DNA from: an uncultured Erysipelotrichaceae bacterium
Lineage (GTDB): Bacteria; Bacillota_I; Bacilli_A; Erysipelotrichales; Erysipelotrichaceae
NCBI GenBank assembly: GCA_946622165.1
Contig: CAMOPG010000001.1
Coordinates: forward strand, 7,158-71,157
Direction: 5' to 3'
Length of the DNA stretch: 64,000 nucleotides
Below are positions 47,049 through 55,936 of the stretch, piece by piece (the stretch's first letter is position 1; every line of letters starts with the position of its first letter). The translations under genes were made by a program, and so were the position numbers. Under the pieces are notes generated by a model, which saw only the letters and a list, made by a program, of their open reading frames with translations, was not told where the DNA came from and searched no databases.

Positions 47049-47414
47049 TTATAGGATGTTCTGCAGTACTTTCACGTGTTCATGGTGTGAGTCATTGATG
47101 CCCAGATACAGCGTAATATAGTCGCTGTCTTCCGGGATATTCCGGTAATACCATTCAGCTTCCGGATCAGTCAGTGAATTGTGAAACGTTCCGTCCTCCG
47201 GGAATGCGATCGTTCTGCCGCCCATAAAGAACGGGACGATCTCCATATCATTCCGGTTTCCGATCAGATACGGATACACATAGTTCATGCCCTGATATCT
47301 GCCTTCTTTGATCACATTTCCGCTGACGCCGGCAGTAAAGCTGTCGCCGCATATAGTCCATTTTTTTCCGTAAAGCACATTGCCGCTGTATAATTCCTGC
47401 TTTGTCATGTTCAT
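47049..47414 (-). pseudogene. SGNH/GDSL hydrolase, N-terminal fragment (blocks I-III only)
   Basis: 121 aa with block I ICGDSFTAG and block III GINDSHH. It stops about 10 aa later, with no block V (DxxH). Family members are normally around 200 aa or more. Confidence 0.55.
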
Positions 47415-47422
47415 TACCTCGT

Positions 47423-48076
47423 TTATCGCTCAAACAGCATGCATCCGGCCTGGACAGGCAGGTCGCATATGATCTGATCAGTGCAGTCTGAATGGTGTTT
47501 CAGCAAAGCATTGACGATCATAATATCCCCGGCAGCGCTGGATATCATAACGACTCCCAGCAGCATGACCATGAACGAATGCATCAGAATGCCCGCAATA
47601 GCCGGTATGATGCCGATGACGATCAGCGGCATGATCGTGCCGAGAATGTATTCCTTTTTTCCCAGCGGTGCTCTGCACGTACAGTACGGGGTCAGTGTTT
47701 CCTTCATGAAGCCGAATTCAATGTCATTGAAACGGTTGGGTGAGAACATGCTCCAGGTGATCCCGTGCACCAGTTCGTGCGCGATCGTCAGGATGATGAC
47801 ACCTGCAAAAAAGAACAGGCTGTCTTTGAGAGAACGGAATCCGATCGGTGCACCTTGCCCCAGCAGCACAAACAAGGCAGTGCCTGCTGCCAGCAGCGGC
47901 AGTACCATCACAACAGCCAGTTTGTTGGCTTTATCGATCCCGATCACCATGGATACCTGCCGGTATCCCTGTTTTCTGAGTTCAGAACTCATAGCCTGAA
48001 ATGACTTGAGACGCTCCTGTTCGCGGGGAGAAAGCTCTCTTTCTGTCTGTTCTTCCTTTTTGACTTTTTTGCTCAT
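47423..48076 (-). CDS. DUF3267-family membrane protein (putative zincin metallopeptidase, HExxH)
   Basis: 217 aa with several TM helices and HELVHG in the loop after TM2. Confidence 0.7.
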   Translation of the reverse strand: MSKKVKKEEQTERELSPREQERLKSFQAMSSELRKQGYRQVSMVIGIDKANKLAVVMVLPLLAAGTALFVLLGQGAPIGFRSLKDSLFFFAGVIILTIAHELVHGITWSMFSPNRFNDIEFGFMKETLTPYCTCRAPLGKKEYILGTIMPLIVIGIIPAIAGILMHSFMVMLLGVVMISSAAGDIMIVNALLKHHSDCTDQIICDLPVQAGCMLFER

Positions 48077-48239
48077 ACGCAGATCCTCTTTGCATCTTTT
48101 GTGTCCTGCCGGACAGATGCAGCATTGGTTTAAGTATACAATTGTTTTCTTTTGAAAAACATGTTCTTTCCCGTCAGAATGTATGCTGTTTCAGACCATT
48201 ATTGTACAATGAGGTCATCGCTGAAGGAGGACGCCGGCT

Positions 48240-49529
48240 ATGGTTACAGAGTATTTTCCTGACGGAACAGTCATTGACAGCTGGTTTTACGACACGTCAG
48301 TCCCTTCTCTTGAGGAGATGGGCAGGCAGTATTTATTCAGCACTTGCGGAATAAAGCATGACGGTACACTGCAGACTGCGGCCATTCAGGCGCTGATCGA
48401 TCAGTGTGCGTCCGAAGGCGGTGGCGTGATCGTCGTTGATGGAGGAACATATCTTACCGGCGCACTGTTCTTTCCGCGCTCAGTGAACCTTTATATCTGC
48501 AGAGACGCTGTTTTGAAAGGCAGCGATGATATCAGTGATTATCCCCTGTGCAGGACGAGGATCGAGGGACAGACATGCACGTACTTCCCTGCTTTGATCA
48601 ACGTTGACTCTGCAGACGGTTTTATCCTTGCCGGAGAAGGCACGATCGACGGCAGCGGAGAGCGGTTCTGGCGGGAGTTCTGGCTCAGGAGAGAATGGAA
48701 TCCGGACTGCACGAATAAAGACGGTCAGCGGCCCCGACTCCTGTATATCAGCAGATCCAGCGATGTTCTGATCACCGGCGTGACATTTCAGAACGCTGCA
48801 TTCTGGACGACGCATATCTACCGCTGCAGACGCGTGAAGTATATCGGCTGCACGATGCTGTCACCGTATGAAGGAATCAAAGGGCCCAGTACGGACGCCA
48901 TTGATATCGACGCCTGTACGGATGTGCTCGTCAAGAACTGCTTTATGGCGGTCAATGATGATGCTGTGGCGCTTAAGGGGGGAAAAGGTCCGTGGGCGGA
49001 CAGCGATCCTGACAACGGGCCGAATGAGCGTATCATCATAGAAGACTGTGAGTACGGGTTCGTTCACGGCTGTCTGACATTCGGTTCGGAAGCTGTTCAC
49101 TGCCGCAATATCATACTGCGCAGGATCAGGGTATCTGAGGGCTTTAACCTGTTATGGATGAAGTTCCGTCCTGACACGCCGCAGTGCTATGAATATGTGC
49201 TGATGGAGGATGTTAAAGGCAAAACAGCAAACTTCCTGAACATCAATCCATGGAAGCAGTTCTTTGATCTGCAGGGAAGAACGGATCTTCCGGTATCGCA
49301 TGGCAGACATATCGTGATCAGGAACTGTGAATTTGAATGCGATACGTTCTTTAATGTCAAACAGGATGATGCTCACTACCTGCTGGAGAATTTCGTGATG
49401 GAGGATGTGACTGCCGCAGCTGCAGATATTTCCTTCGATCCTTCCTTTATTTCTGATTTTAAAGGTGAGCGGATCAAGCTGGAGCAGAAAGAAGGAACTG
49501 AATTCCCTGATGCAGTGACAACACTGTAG
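48240..49529 (+). CDS. GH28 glycoside hydrolase (polygalacturonase / exo-galacturonidase-like, right-handed beta-helix)
   Basis: 429 aa with GPSTDAIDID, AVNDDAVALKGG and a later HG, in the GH28 order (NTDG-, -DD-, -HG-). No signal peptide seen. Confidence 0.8.
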   Translation: MVTEYFPDGTVIDSWFYDTSVPSLEEMGRQYLFSTCGIKHDGTLQTAAIQALIDQCASEGGGVIVVDGGTYLTGALFFPRSVNLYICRDAVLKGSDDISDYPLCRTRIEGQTCTYFPALINVDSADGFILAGEGTIDGSGERFWREFWLRREWNPDCTNKDGQRPRLLYISRSSDVLITGVTFQNAAFWTTHIYRCRRVKYIGCTMLSPYEGIKGPSTDAIDIDACTDVLVKNCFMAVNDDAVALKGGKGPWADSDPDNGPNERIIIEDCEYGFVHGCLTFGSEAVHCRNIILRRIRVSEGFNLLWMKFRPDTPQCYEYVLMEDVKGKTANFLNINPWKQFFDLQGRTDLPVSHGRHIVIRNCEFECDTFFNVKQDDAHYLLENFVMEDVTAAAADISFDPSFISDFKGERIKLEQKEGTEFPDAVTTL

Positions 49530-49535
49530 GATTAT

Positions 49536-49572
49536 AAAAAGCCGCATGTTCTTACGCATGCGGCTGTTTCTT
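49536..49572. terminator. Bidirectional rho-independent terminator
   Basis: 9-bp stem AGCCGCATG/CATGCGGCT, flanked by AAAAA on the left and GTTTCTTTC on the right. Confidence 0.85.
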
Positions 49573-49579
49573 TCGGATA

Positions 49580-49729
49580 ACAGAGAGGCTTGATATGTTC
49601 CCTCTTATGTAGAGGTGGGTGCCCTTGGTCGATCGTCAGGATTCCCGGCCGTACCGGGCATTCAACACGGATGTCTCCAGTCAGAGCTCCCTTATATCAC
49701 TATGTAGGAAAAATAATGGACCTCTCTGT
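49580..49729 (-). ncRNA. Candidate structured small RNA (6S-like by position and shape); strand uncertain
   Basis: A non-coding element of about 150 nt closed by the perfect 9-bp pairing ACAGAGAGG (49580-49588) / CCTCTCTGT (49721-49729). It has a central hairpin CCCGG-ccgta-CCGGG and an inner pairing TGATAT/ATATCA. It lies between the aspS stop and the bidirectional terminator. Confidence 0.35.
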
Positions 49730-49774
49730 GCCTAAAACATATCATACAGAACAGACACTGTATAGTCTTGACAA

Positions 49775-51535
49775 TTAAGCTTTTTTCACTTCGTCCTTGA
49801 TTTCAATTCCGAGGATGTCGAGCTGTGCTTTATCAACGACATTCGGTGACTCGCTCATCAGATCCATGGAGCTGTTTGTTGTCGGGAAGGCAACAACATC
49901 TCTGATGTTTTCTGTTCCTGCAAGCACCATGGTAAGTCTTTCAAGACCGATGCCGACTCCGCCATGAGGAGGAGTTCCGTATTTGAAGGCATCCAGGAAG
50001 AATCCGAAACGGGCTTTTGCCTGTTCCATTGTCAGACCGATGGATTCAAATACTTTTGCCTGGAGTTCCTGGTCATGGATACGGATGGATCCGCTCAGCA
50101 GTTCATATCCGTTCAGGACAAGGTCATATGCTCTGGAGCTGACATTAGCGGGATCGCTGAAGAGTTTGTCGACATCTTCTTCCTTCGGTGCTGTGAACGG
50201 ATGATGCTGTGCGACCCAGCGGTTTTCTTCTTCGCTCCATTCAAACATCGGGAAATCCGTTACCCAGAGGAACTTATATACATTCTCGGGGATGAGTCCC
50301 AGTTCGTGGCCGAGTCTGACACGCAGTGCGCCGAGCGCTGCTTCAGCGATCTTTGCCTTGTCGGCAACGATCAGCACAAGATCATCATCCTGCATTCCCA
50401 GGCGCTCTTTCAGCGCTTCTTTTTCTGTTTCGCTGAGCGCTTTGGCGATGGAACCGGAGAGTTCTCCTTTTTCCATCTTCAGGTAAGCAAGTGCTTTTGC
50501 CTTGAAGCCGTGCTTGATGAAGTCCTGCAGCTGGTCCAGCTTTTTCCTGGAATACAGAGCTGCTGCATGTTCGAATTTCAGTGCATCGATCTCTCCGCCG
50601 TTTTCCTGAACAGCTTTGAATACCTGGAATTCGGTGTCTGCGAACAGATCGGTAATGTCATGGATCTCATTGCCGAAGCGCAGGTCCGGTTTGTCCGTTC
50701 CGTATTTCTTCATGCACTCTGCCCATGTCATGCGCACGAATTTGTCTTCCAGTTCGATTCCTTTGACGCCTCTGAAGATGTCCTGCATCAGTTTTTCTAC
50801 GATGTGCCATACATCTTCTTCATCTACAAAGCTCATTTCGATATCGATCTGTGTGAATTCAGGCTGTCTGTCAGCGCGCAGGTCTTCATCACGGAAGCAT
50901 CTTGCAATCTGGAAGTAACGTTCCAGTCCGCCGATCATCAGCAGCTGCTTGTAGATCTGCGGTGACTGCGGCAGTGCCCAGAACTTGCCGTTGTAGATAC
51001 GTGAAGGCACGAGGTAGTCTCTTGCGCCTTCCGGGGTGCTTCTTGCAAGGATCGGTGTTTCGACTTCGATGAAGCCTTCTGCATCCAGCGTATTTCTTGC
51101 GATCATGCAGATCTTATGACGCAGGATCATATTGTTCTGGAGTACAGGTCTTCTCAGATCAAGATATCTGTATTTCAGTCTGGTATCTTCCAGTGTATCT
51201 GTGTCGTCTGCGATCGTGATCGGCGGAGTTTCTGCAGAGTTGATGATCTTTACGCTCTCTGCATGAACTTCGATCTCACCTGTAGCCAGCTTAGGGTTGT
51301 GCTGTCCGCGCTCCTGTACGGTACCTGTTACCTGCAGGATGTATTCGCTTCTGACTTCCTTTACCTGCGGGCTCAGATTTTCGTCAAAGACGATCTGTAC
51401 GATACCGCTTCTGTCGCGCAGGTCAACAAATACCAGCGCTCCCAGGTTTCTTCTTCTGCTGACCCATCCGATCAGTGTTACCTGTTTCCCTGCATCGCTC
51501 AGGCGCAGGGTTCCGTTTCTGCATGTTCTTTCCAT
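49775..51535 (-). CDS. aspS: Aspartate--tRNA ligase
   Basis: Class IIb aaRS (OB-fold N-domain, FRDEDLRADRQPEFTQID, GGVGIGLERL). The ATG at 51535 (MERTCRNG...) overlaps the hisS TGA by 1 nt. Confidence 0.95.
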   Translation of the reverse strand: MERTCRNGTLRLSDAGKQVTLIGWVSRRRNLGALVFVDLRDRSGIVQIVFDENLSPQVKEVRSEYILQVTGTVQERGQHNPKLATGEIEVHAESVKIINSAETPPITIADDTDTLEDTRLKYRYLDLRRPVLQNNMILRHKICMIARNTLDAEGFIEVETPILARSTPEGARDYLVPSRIYNGKFWALPQSPQIYKQLLMIGGLERYFQIARCFRDEDLRADRQPEFTQIDIEMSFVDEEDVWHIVEKLMQDIFRGVKGIELEDKFVRMTWAECMKKYGTDKPDLRFGNEIHDITDLFADTEFQVFKAVQENGGEIDALKFEHAAALYSRKKLDQLQDFIKHGFKAKALAYLKMEKGELSGSIAKALSETEKEALKERLGMQDDDLVLIVADKAKIAEAALGALRVRLGHELGLIPENVYKFLWVTDFPMFEWSEEENRWVAQHHPFTAPKEEDVDKLFSDPANVSSRAYDLVLNGYELLSGSIRIHDQELQAKVFESIGLTMEQAKARFGFFLDAFKYGTPPHGGVGIGLERLTMVLAGTENIRDVVAFPTTNSSMDLMSESPNVVDKAQLDILGIEIKDEVKKA

Positions 51536-52800
51536 CAGTTTTTCTCCCATTCTCTGATTGTATCTGTCAGTTCTTCAAGCCTGACTGTTTTCTGTGTTTT
51601 ATCTGCTGCGCATTTCACGTTGACTGCCCCGTTCTTCAGCTCCTCTTCACCGATGATGACAGTATATTTTGCGTTTGCTCTGTCGGAGCTCTTGAACTGT
51701 GCTTTCAGTGATCTTGCTGTGAGATTTGCCTCAGCTACAAAGCCATCATGTCTGAGCTGCTGAACGACCTGCAGAGGCGTGCTGCCTGTATTTCCCAGTG
51801 AGATCACATAAATATCAGCGTTATTGGTTTCTTTCGGCGTGAACCCGTCTTTTTTGGCGAGATCAAGCAGCCTTTCAAGTCCGATCGCAAAGCCCATGCC
51901 GGACATTTCAGGACCTCCGAAATACTCTACCAGATGGTCGTATCTGCCGCCTGCGAAGATCGTTGCCTGTGCGCCGGAATCAGGTCTTGTGGACTGTACT
52001 TCGAATACCGTGTGTGTATAGTAATCCAGGCCTCTGACCAGTCTGTCATCGACTTCATATTCAATGCCCATTCCGTCCAGTGCTTCGAGCACCTGTCTGA
52101 AATACTCTCTGGATTCTTCATTCAGATAATCGCTCAGACGCGGTGCTTCCTTTAATGCAGGTTTGTCATGGTCGACCTTGCAGTCAAGGATGCGCAGCGG
52201 GTTCTGCTGATAGCGTCTGCTGCAGTCAGGGCAGAGCTCATCAAGGTGCGGCGCAAAGTGTGCAAGCAGAGCTTCTCTGTAGGCTGCGCGGCTTGCGTCA
52301 TCACCGAGCGTATTGATCTGTACCTTGACGCTGGAAATGCCCATGCGCTTTACGATATCGATTCCGAGCGCGATCGTTTCAGCATCGACCAGAGGACTTT
52401 TGACGCCGATCGTTTCTACACCGAACTGTGTGAACTGGCGCTGTCTGCCCTTCTGCGGACGTTCGTGGCGGAACATCGGTCCCATGTAGTAGAACTTTGC
52501 GGGGAGTTCCATCGAACCGTACAGCTTATGCTGGTCGAAGGCACGGATCACACCTGCTGTTCCTTCCGGACGCAGCGTGTAGGAATCTGACCCGGGTGTA
52601 AATGTATACATCTCTTTGTTTACCATATCCGAAGAATCATTTTCTCTGGCAAAGACAGATGTATCTTCGAAATACGGTGTGCGGATCTCCCGGTAACGGT
52701 ATTTTTCCGTGACATCACGGATGATGTCTTCCATCTCGTGCCATGCACCGATCTCATCGGGGAGAATATCATATGTTCCGCGGGGTGTCTGATAACTCAT
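51535..52800 (-). CDS. hisS: Histidine--tRNA ligase
   Basis: The ATG at 52800 (MSYQTPRGTYDILP) follows GAGGAGG. Class IIa motifs are present (MFRHERPQKGRQRQFTQ, GGRYD). The ORF-track extension to 52866 runs into the T-box terminator. Confidence 0.95.
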   Translation of the reverse strand: MSYQTPRGTYDILPDEIGAWHEMEDIIRDVTEKYRYREIRTPYFEDTSVFARENDSSDMVNKEMYTFTPGSDSYTLRPEGTAGVIRAFDQHKLYGSMELPAKFYYMGPMFRHERPQKGRQRQFTQFGVETIGVKSPLVDAETIALGIDIVKRMGISSVKVQINTLGDDASRAAYREALLAHFAPHLDELCPDCSRRYQQNPLRILDCKVDHDKPALKEAPRLSDYLNEESREYFRQVLEALDGMGIEYEVDDRLVRGLDYYTHTVFEVQSTRPDSGAQATIFAGGRYDHLVEYFGGPEMSGMGFAIGLERLLDLAKKDGFTPKETNNADIYVISLGNTGSTPLQVVQQLRHDGFVAEANLTARSLKAQFKSSDRANAKYTVIIGEEELKNGAVNVKCAADKTQKTVRLEELTDTIREWEKN

Positions 52801-52820
52801 TTCATTCCTCCTCTTCTGGT

Positions 52821-53043
52821 AAAAAAAGCGCCCTTTGATCCAAGGACGCTGTTTGCGCGGTACCACCTTAGTTCATGACATAGTCATGCGCTTGATCCTT
52901 TAACGCAGGTCTGCGGACGTCCCTACTGATCGTTCAGGACATCTTCTCGAAAGTGTCTTTCTCAGGGTTCAGACCGGTGCTTTCACCATGCCACCGTCGC
53001 TTTTCCGTCGTCCGCCGGAGATCTCTTTGTCATCAAATTTACA
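52821..53043 (-). promoter_or_regulatory. T-box riboswitch leader of hisS-aspS
   Basis: The minus strand shows TTGATGACAAAGAGAT (K-turn and specifier-loop 5' side), GGTGGCATGGTGAAAGC in the distal region, a specifier-loop 3' side AAAGACA followed by CTTT, the T-box AACTAAGGTGGTACCGCG (52857-52874), and the terminator AGCGTCCTT-GGATCA-AAGGGCGCT + TTTTTT (52821-52851). Confidence 0.88.
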
Positions 53044-53049
53044 ACAGGA

Positions 53050-53078
53050 ATTATACCCTTGCGGGACAATTTGCTCAA
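53050..53078 (-). promoter_or_regulatory. Sigma-A promoter for the hisS-aspS leader
   Basis: Minus strand: TTGAGC (53078-53073), 17-nt spacer, TATAAT (53055-53050), immediately after the relA stop. Confidence 0.75.
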
Positions 53079-53081
53079 GTG

Positions 53082-55280
53082 TTAATGCGAATTCCGTTCC
53101 ACTGTGATCACAGATTCTACTTTTCTGAGATTCGCGATCAGATTTCTGAGCTGGTCCAGATTATGAACCGAAACATTCATCTTGATCGTTGTCGTCAGGT
53201 TTTCCCGGTTGACTGCCGCGTTGACGGTATTCATGGGTGTTTTGAACTGTGATGTGCAGGTTACGATATCCGTCAGCAGGAAGTTTCTGTCATGTGCTAT
53301 GATCGTCAGGTTGCTTTCATACTGCCGTTCGACATCTTCGTTGTCCCATTGGACATCGATCATTCTCTGCTTCATGCCGGCAATATTCTGACAGTCGGCA
53401 CGATGGACTTTAACGCCCTCGCCTTTTGTAATATAGCCGCGGATCTCATCCCCGTAGACCGGGCAGCAGCACTGTGCAAGCGCCAGCTTCATTGACTCGA
53501 TGCCGGGCACGATGATGCCGTTTGCGGAGGTCTGCTTTTTCTTCGGAGCTTCACGCGCGAGGATCCTGGAAAGCATTTCCTCGGGTGCGCTGCGTTTTTC
53601 ATTGGTCAGTTTTTCAACGACTTTGACCGGATTGACTGATTTGACAGCGATCGCATAGAACAGATCGTTGATATCTTTGAGCTTGAATTCAGGGAGCGCT
53701 GCTTCCAGACGTCTTTTTTCCAGATACTCATCGGGATCGAAGCTGCGTTTCTTCAGTTCTTCGATCAGCATCTTTTCACCGGTCGGTATCTTTTCCGCCT
53801 TCTTCTCGTTTTCTTTATGCTGGAGGTAGGCACGGATCTTGTTTCTGGCCTGGTTGGTCTTGACGATCTTCAGCCAGTCTTCAGAGGGGCCTGTTCCCTT
53901 CATTGTCCTGATCTGGACAATATCGCCTGTGTGCAGTTCCGTATTCAGCGGAACCATTGCATCATTGACGATCGCACCGACTGCGGTATGTCCGACTTCT
54001 GTGTGAACACGGTAGGCAAAGTCGATCGGTGTTGCGCCGGTCGGCAGGTCTATGACCCTGCCCATCGGCGTCATGACATAAACACTTGTTTCGAATACGT
54101 CACGGCGGAGGGAATCCATGTATTCACTTGCGGACTCGTTGTCTTCCGCGAAATCAGAGAAATCACGGAACCAGGAGAGCTTTTCTTCGATCTCCTTCTG
54201 TTCGGTCCTGGCATCATACCGGTTTCCTTCCTTGTATCTCCAGTGTGCGGCAACACCCCTTTCAGCGACAGCGTCCATGTCTTCTGTACGGATCTGTACT
54301 TCAAAGATCTTTCCGTTGACGCCGATGATCGTGGTGTGGATCGACTGGTACATGTTCTGTTTCGGTACTGCAATATAATCTTTCAGTCTGCCCTGGATCG
54401 GCGGATACGTCGCATGGATATATCCGAGGATCTCATAGCAGTTGAGTTCTGTTTTGGTAACGATCCTGATCGCAAGCAGGTCCAGGATCTCATCAAACCG
54501 CTTCTGCTTGGATACCATCTTGTGATAGATCGAATACAGATGCTTGGATCTTCCGAATATGCGGAACTCAAGATTGTGTTCTGTCAGAAGCTTTGTGATA
54601 TCCGAGATCATGCGCTGCACGCTTTCATCACGTTCAGCTTTCTTGGCTTCTACGAGATGCGCAATGCGATGATATTCATCGGGATTCAGATACAGGAAGC
54701 AGAGATCTTCCAGTTCGTTTTTGATGGCACTGATACCAAGACGGTGCGCGATCGGCGCATACACATCCAGTGTTTCCTGTGAAATGCGCTTCTGTGAAGC
54801 AGCCGGCTGGAATTCAAGTGTTCTCATATTGTGCAGACGGTCAGCCAGCTTGATCAGAATGACGCGGACGTCCTTTGCCATTGCGATGAAGATCTTGCGG
54901 TGATTGGCTGCCTGATATTCCGGATCGTTTTTATCACGGAACTTCAGGGCACCGATCTTGGTGACCGCTTCTACCAGGTCGGCGATCTCTTCATCGAATT
55001 CTTCCTGGAGCTCCTCTTTTGTGATGCCCGTATCTTCGATCGTGTCATGCAGAAAACCGGCTGCGACCGTTTTCGGTCCGCAGCGTAATTCTGCAAGAAT
55101 ATATGCCACGTTGTCCAGATGGATCGTATAAGGTTCGCCGCTCTTGCGGAACTGCCCTGCGTGATGCTCATAGGCATAGTCAGCCGCTTTTGTGACCAGT
55201 GCGATACTTTCCGGATTTGTTATGTATTTGCCGACTTCGTTCATGACATCGTCACGCGTCATTGATTTATGTGCAGCCAC
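53082..55280 (-). CDS. relA: Bifunctional (p)ppGpp synthetase/hydrolase (RelA/SpoT homologue)
   Basis: 732 aa with an HD hydrolase domain (RKSGEPYTIHL, FLHDTIEDT), a synthetase domain (YQSIHTT, EVQIRT), and TGS and ACT-like C-terminal domains. GTG start after AGGAGG. Confidence 0.95.
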   Translation of the reverse strand: MAAHKSMTRDDVMNEVGKYITNPESIALVTKAADYAYEHHAGQFRKSGEPYTIHLDNVAYILAELRCGPKTVAAGFLHDTIEDTGITKEELQEEFDEEIADLVEAVTKIGALKFRDKNDPEYQAANHRKIFIAMAKDVRVILIKLADRLHNMRTLEFQPAASQKRISQETLDVYAPIAHRLGISAIKNELEDLCFLYLNPDEYHRIAHLVEAKKAERDESVQRMISDITKLLTEHNLEFRIFGRSKHLYSIYHKMVSKQKRFDEILDLLAIRIVTKTELNCYEILGYIHATYPPIQGRLKDYIAVPKQNMYQSIHTTIIGVNGKIFEVQIRTEDMDAVAERGVAAHWRYKEGNRYDARTEQKEIEEKLSWFRDFSDFAEDNESASEYMDSLRRDVFETSVYVMTPMGRVIDLPTGATPIDFAYRVHTEVGHTAVGAIVNDAMVPLNTELHTGDIVQIRTMKGTGPSEDWLKIVKTNQARNKIRAYLQHKENEKKAEKIPTGEKMLIEELKKRSFDPDEYLEKRRLEAALPEFKLKDINDLFYAIAVKSVNPVKVVEKLTNEKRSAPEEMLSRILAREAPKKKQTSANGIIVPGIESMKLALAQCCCPVYGDEIRGYITKGEGVKVHRADCQNIAGMKQRMIDVQWDNEDVERQYESNLTIIAHDRNFLLTDIVTCTSQFKTPMNTVNAAVNRENLTTTIKMNVSVHNLDQLRNLIANLRKVESVITVERNSH

Positions 55281-55310
55281 TGAGCACCCCTCCTTCCTTT
55301 ATGCAGTTCA

Positions 55311-55336
55311 GAAAAAACCGGAGATCGCTCTCCGGT
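55311..55336 (-). terminator. Hairpin plus T-tract between apt and relA
   Basis: Minus strand: ACCGGAGA-gcga-TCTCCGGT followed by TTTTTTC. Confidence 0.7.
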
Positions 55337-55348
55337 TCAGGACATTTG

Positions 55349-55876
55349 TTACTTGTCTGTCATCACCGTTGCAGCGAATACATCATAGTCTTTCAGGTTC
55401 TCCCTGCCGGGCAGACCTTCCAGTTCAATGATGAATGCAAAACCAGCTACAACGCCGCCGAGTTCTTCGATCATTTTGGCTGTAGCCATTGCTGTACCGC
55501 CGGTAGCGAGCAGGTCGTCTACGACTACTACACGCTGTCCGGGCTTGACGGAATCCTTATGCATGAACAGTTCGTTTGAACCGTACTCGAGATCGTATTT
55601 GCAGGAAACTGTCTCTCTCGGAAGCTTGCCGGGTTTTCTGACCATAGCAAAACCGAGTCCGAGTTCGTAGGCAACAGGACAGCCGAATACAAAGCCGCGG
55701 CTTTCGGGTCCGCAGATCAGGTCTGCTTTTCTTTCTCTTGCATAATCAGCGATCAAACGGACCGCTTCGTGATATGCTTCAGGATTGTCTACAATCGGCG
55801 TAACATCACGGAACATGATTCCTTCTGTCGGGAAATCTTTGATTGAAGCGATATACTGTGTAAGATCGAGAGACAT
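55349..55876 (-). CDS. apt: Adenine phosphoribosyltransferase
   Basis: 175 aa with the PRPP motif [13 protein letters not shown] and the N-terminal motif FP.EGI.FRD. Confidence 0.95.
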   Translation of the reverse strand: MSLDLTQYIASIKDFPTEGIMFRDVTPIVDNPEAYHEAVRLIADYARERKADLICGPESRGFVFGCPVAYELGLGFAMVRKPGKLPRETVSCKYDLEYGSNELFMHKDSVKPGQRVVVVDDLLATGGTAMATAKMIEELGGVVAGFAFIIELEGLPGRENLKDYDVFAATVMTDK

Positions 55877-55936
55877 ATGTTCCTCCTTTTTAAGAACGAA
55901 TGAATAAAAGTATTATACACTTTTTTATATTTTTGT

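Noticed and set aside
46960-47049. A 29-aa basic ORF chained between the SGNH fragment and the 39-aa ORF, considered as a stand-alone feature.
   Set aside because: It has no ribosome-binding site and is best explained as a by-product of a deletion-scarred intergenic region. I kept it only as part of the finding, not as a feature.
49731-49774. An independent sigma-A promoter for the putative sRNA downstream of aspS.
   Set aside because: Only a TATGAT-like -10 is present, with a TTGTCA 22 nt upstream, which is the wrong spacing. The TTGACA in this stretch is on the plus strand, pointing antisense into aspS. I therefore make no promoter call. The sRNA, if real, may be processed from the aspS transcript.
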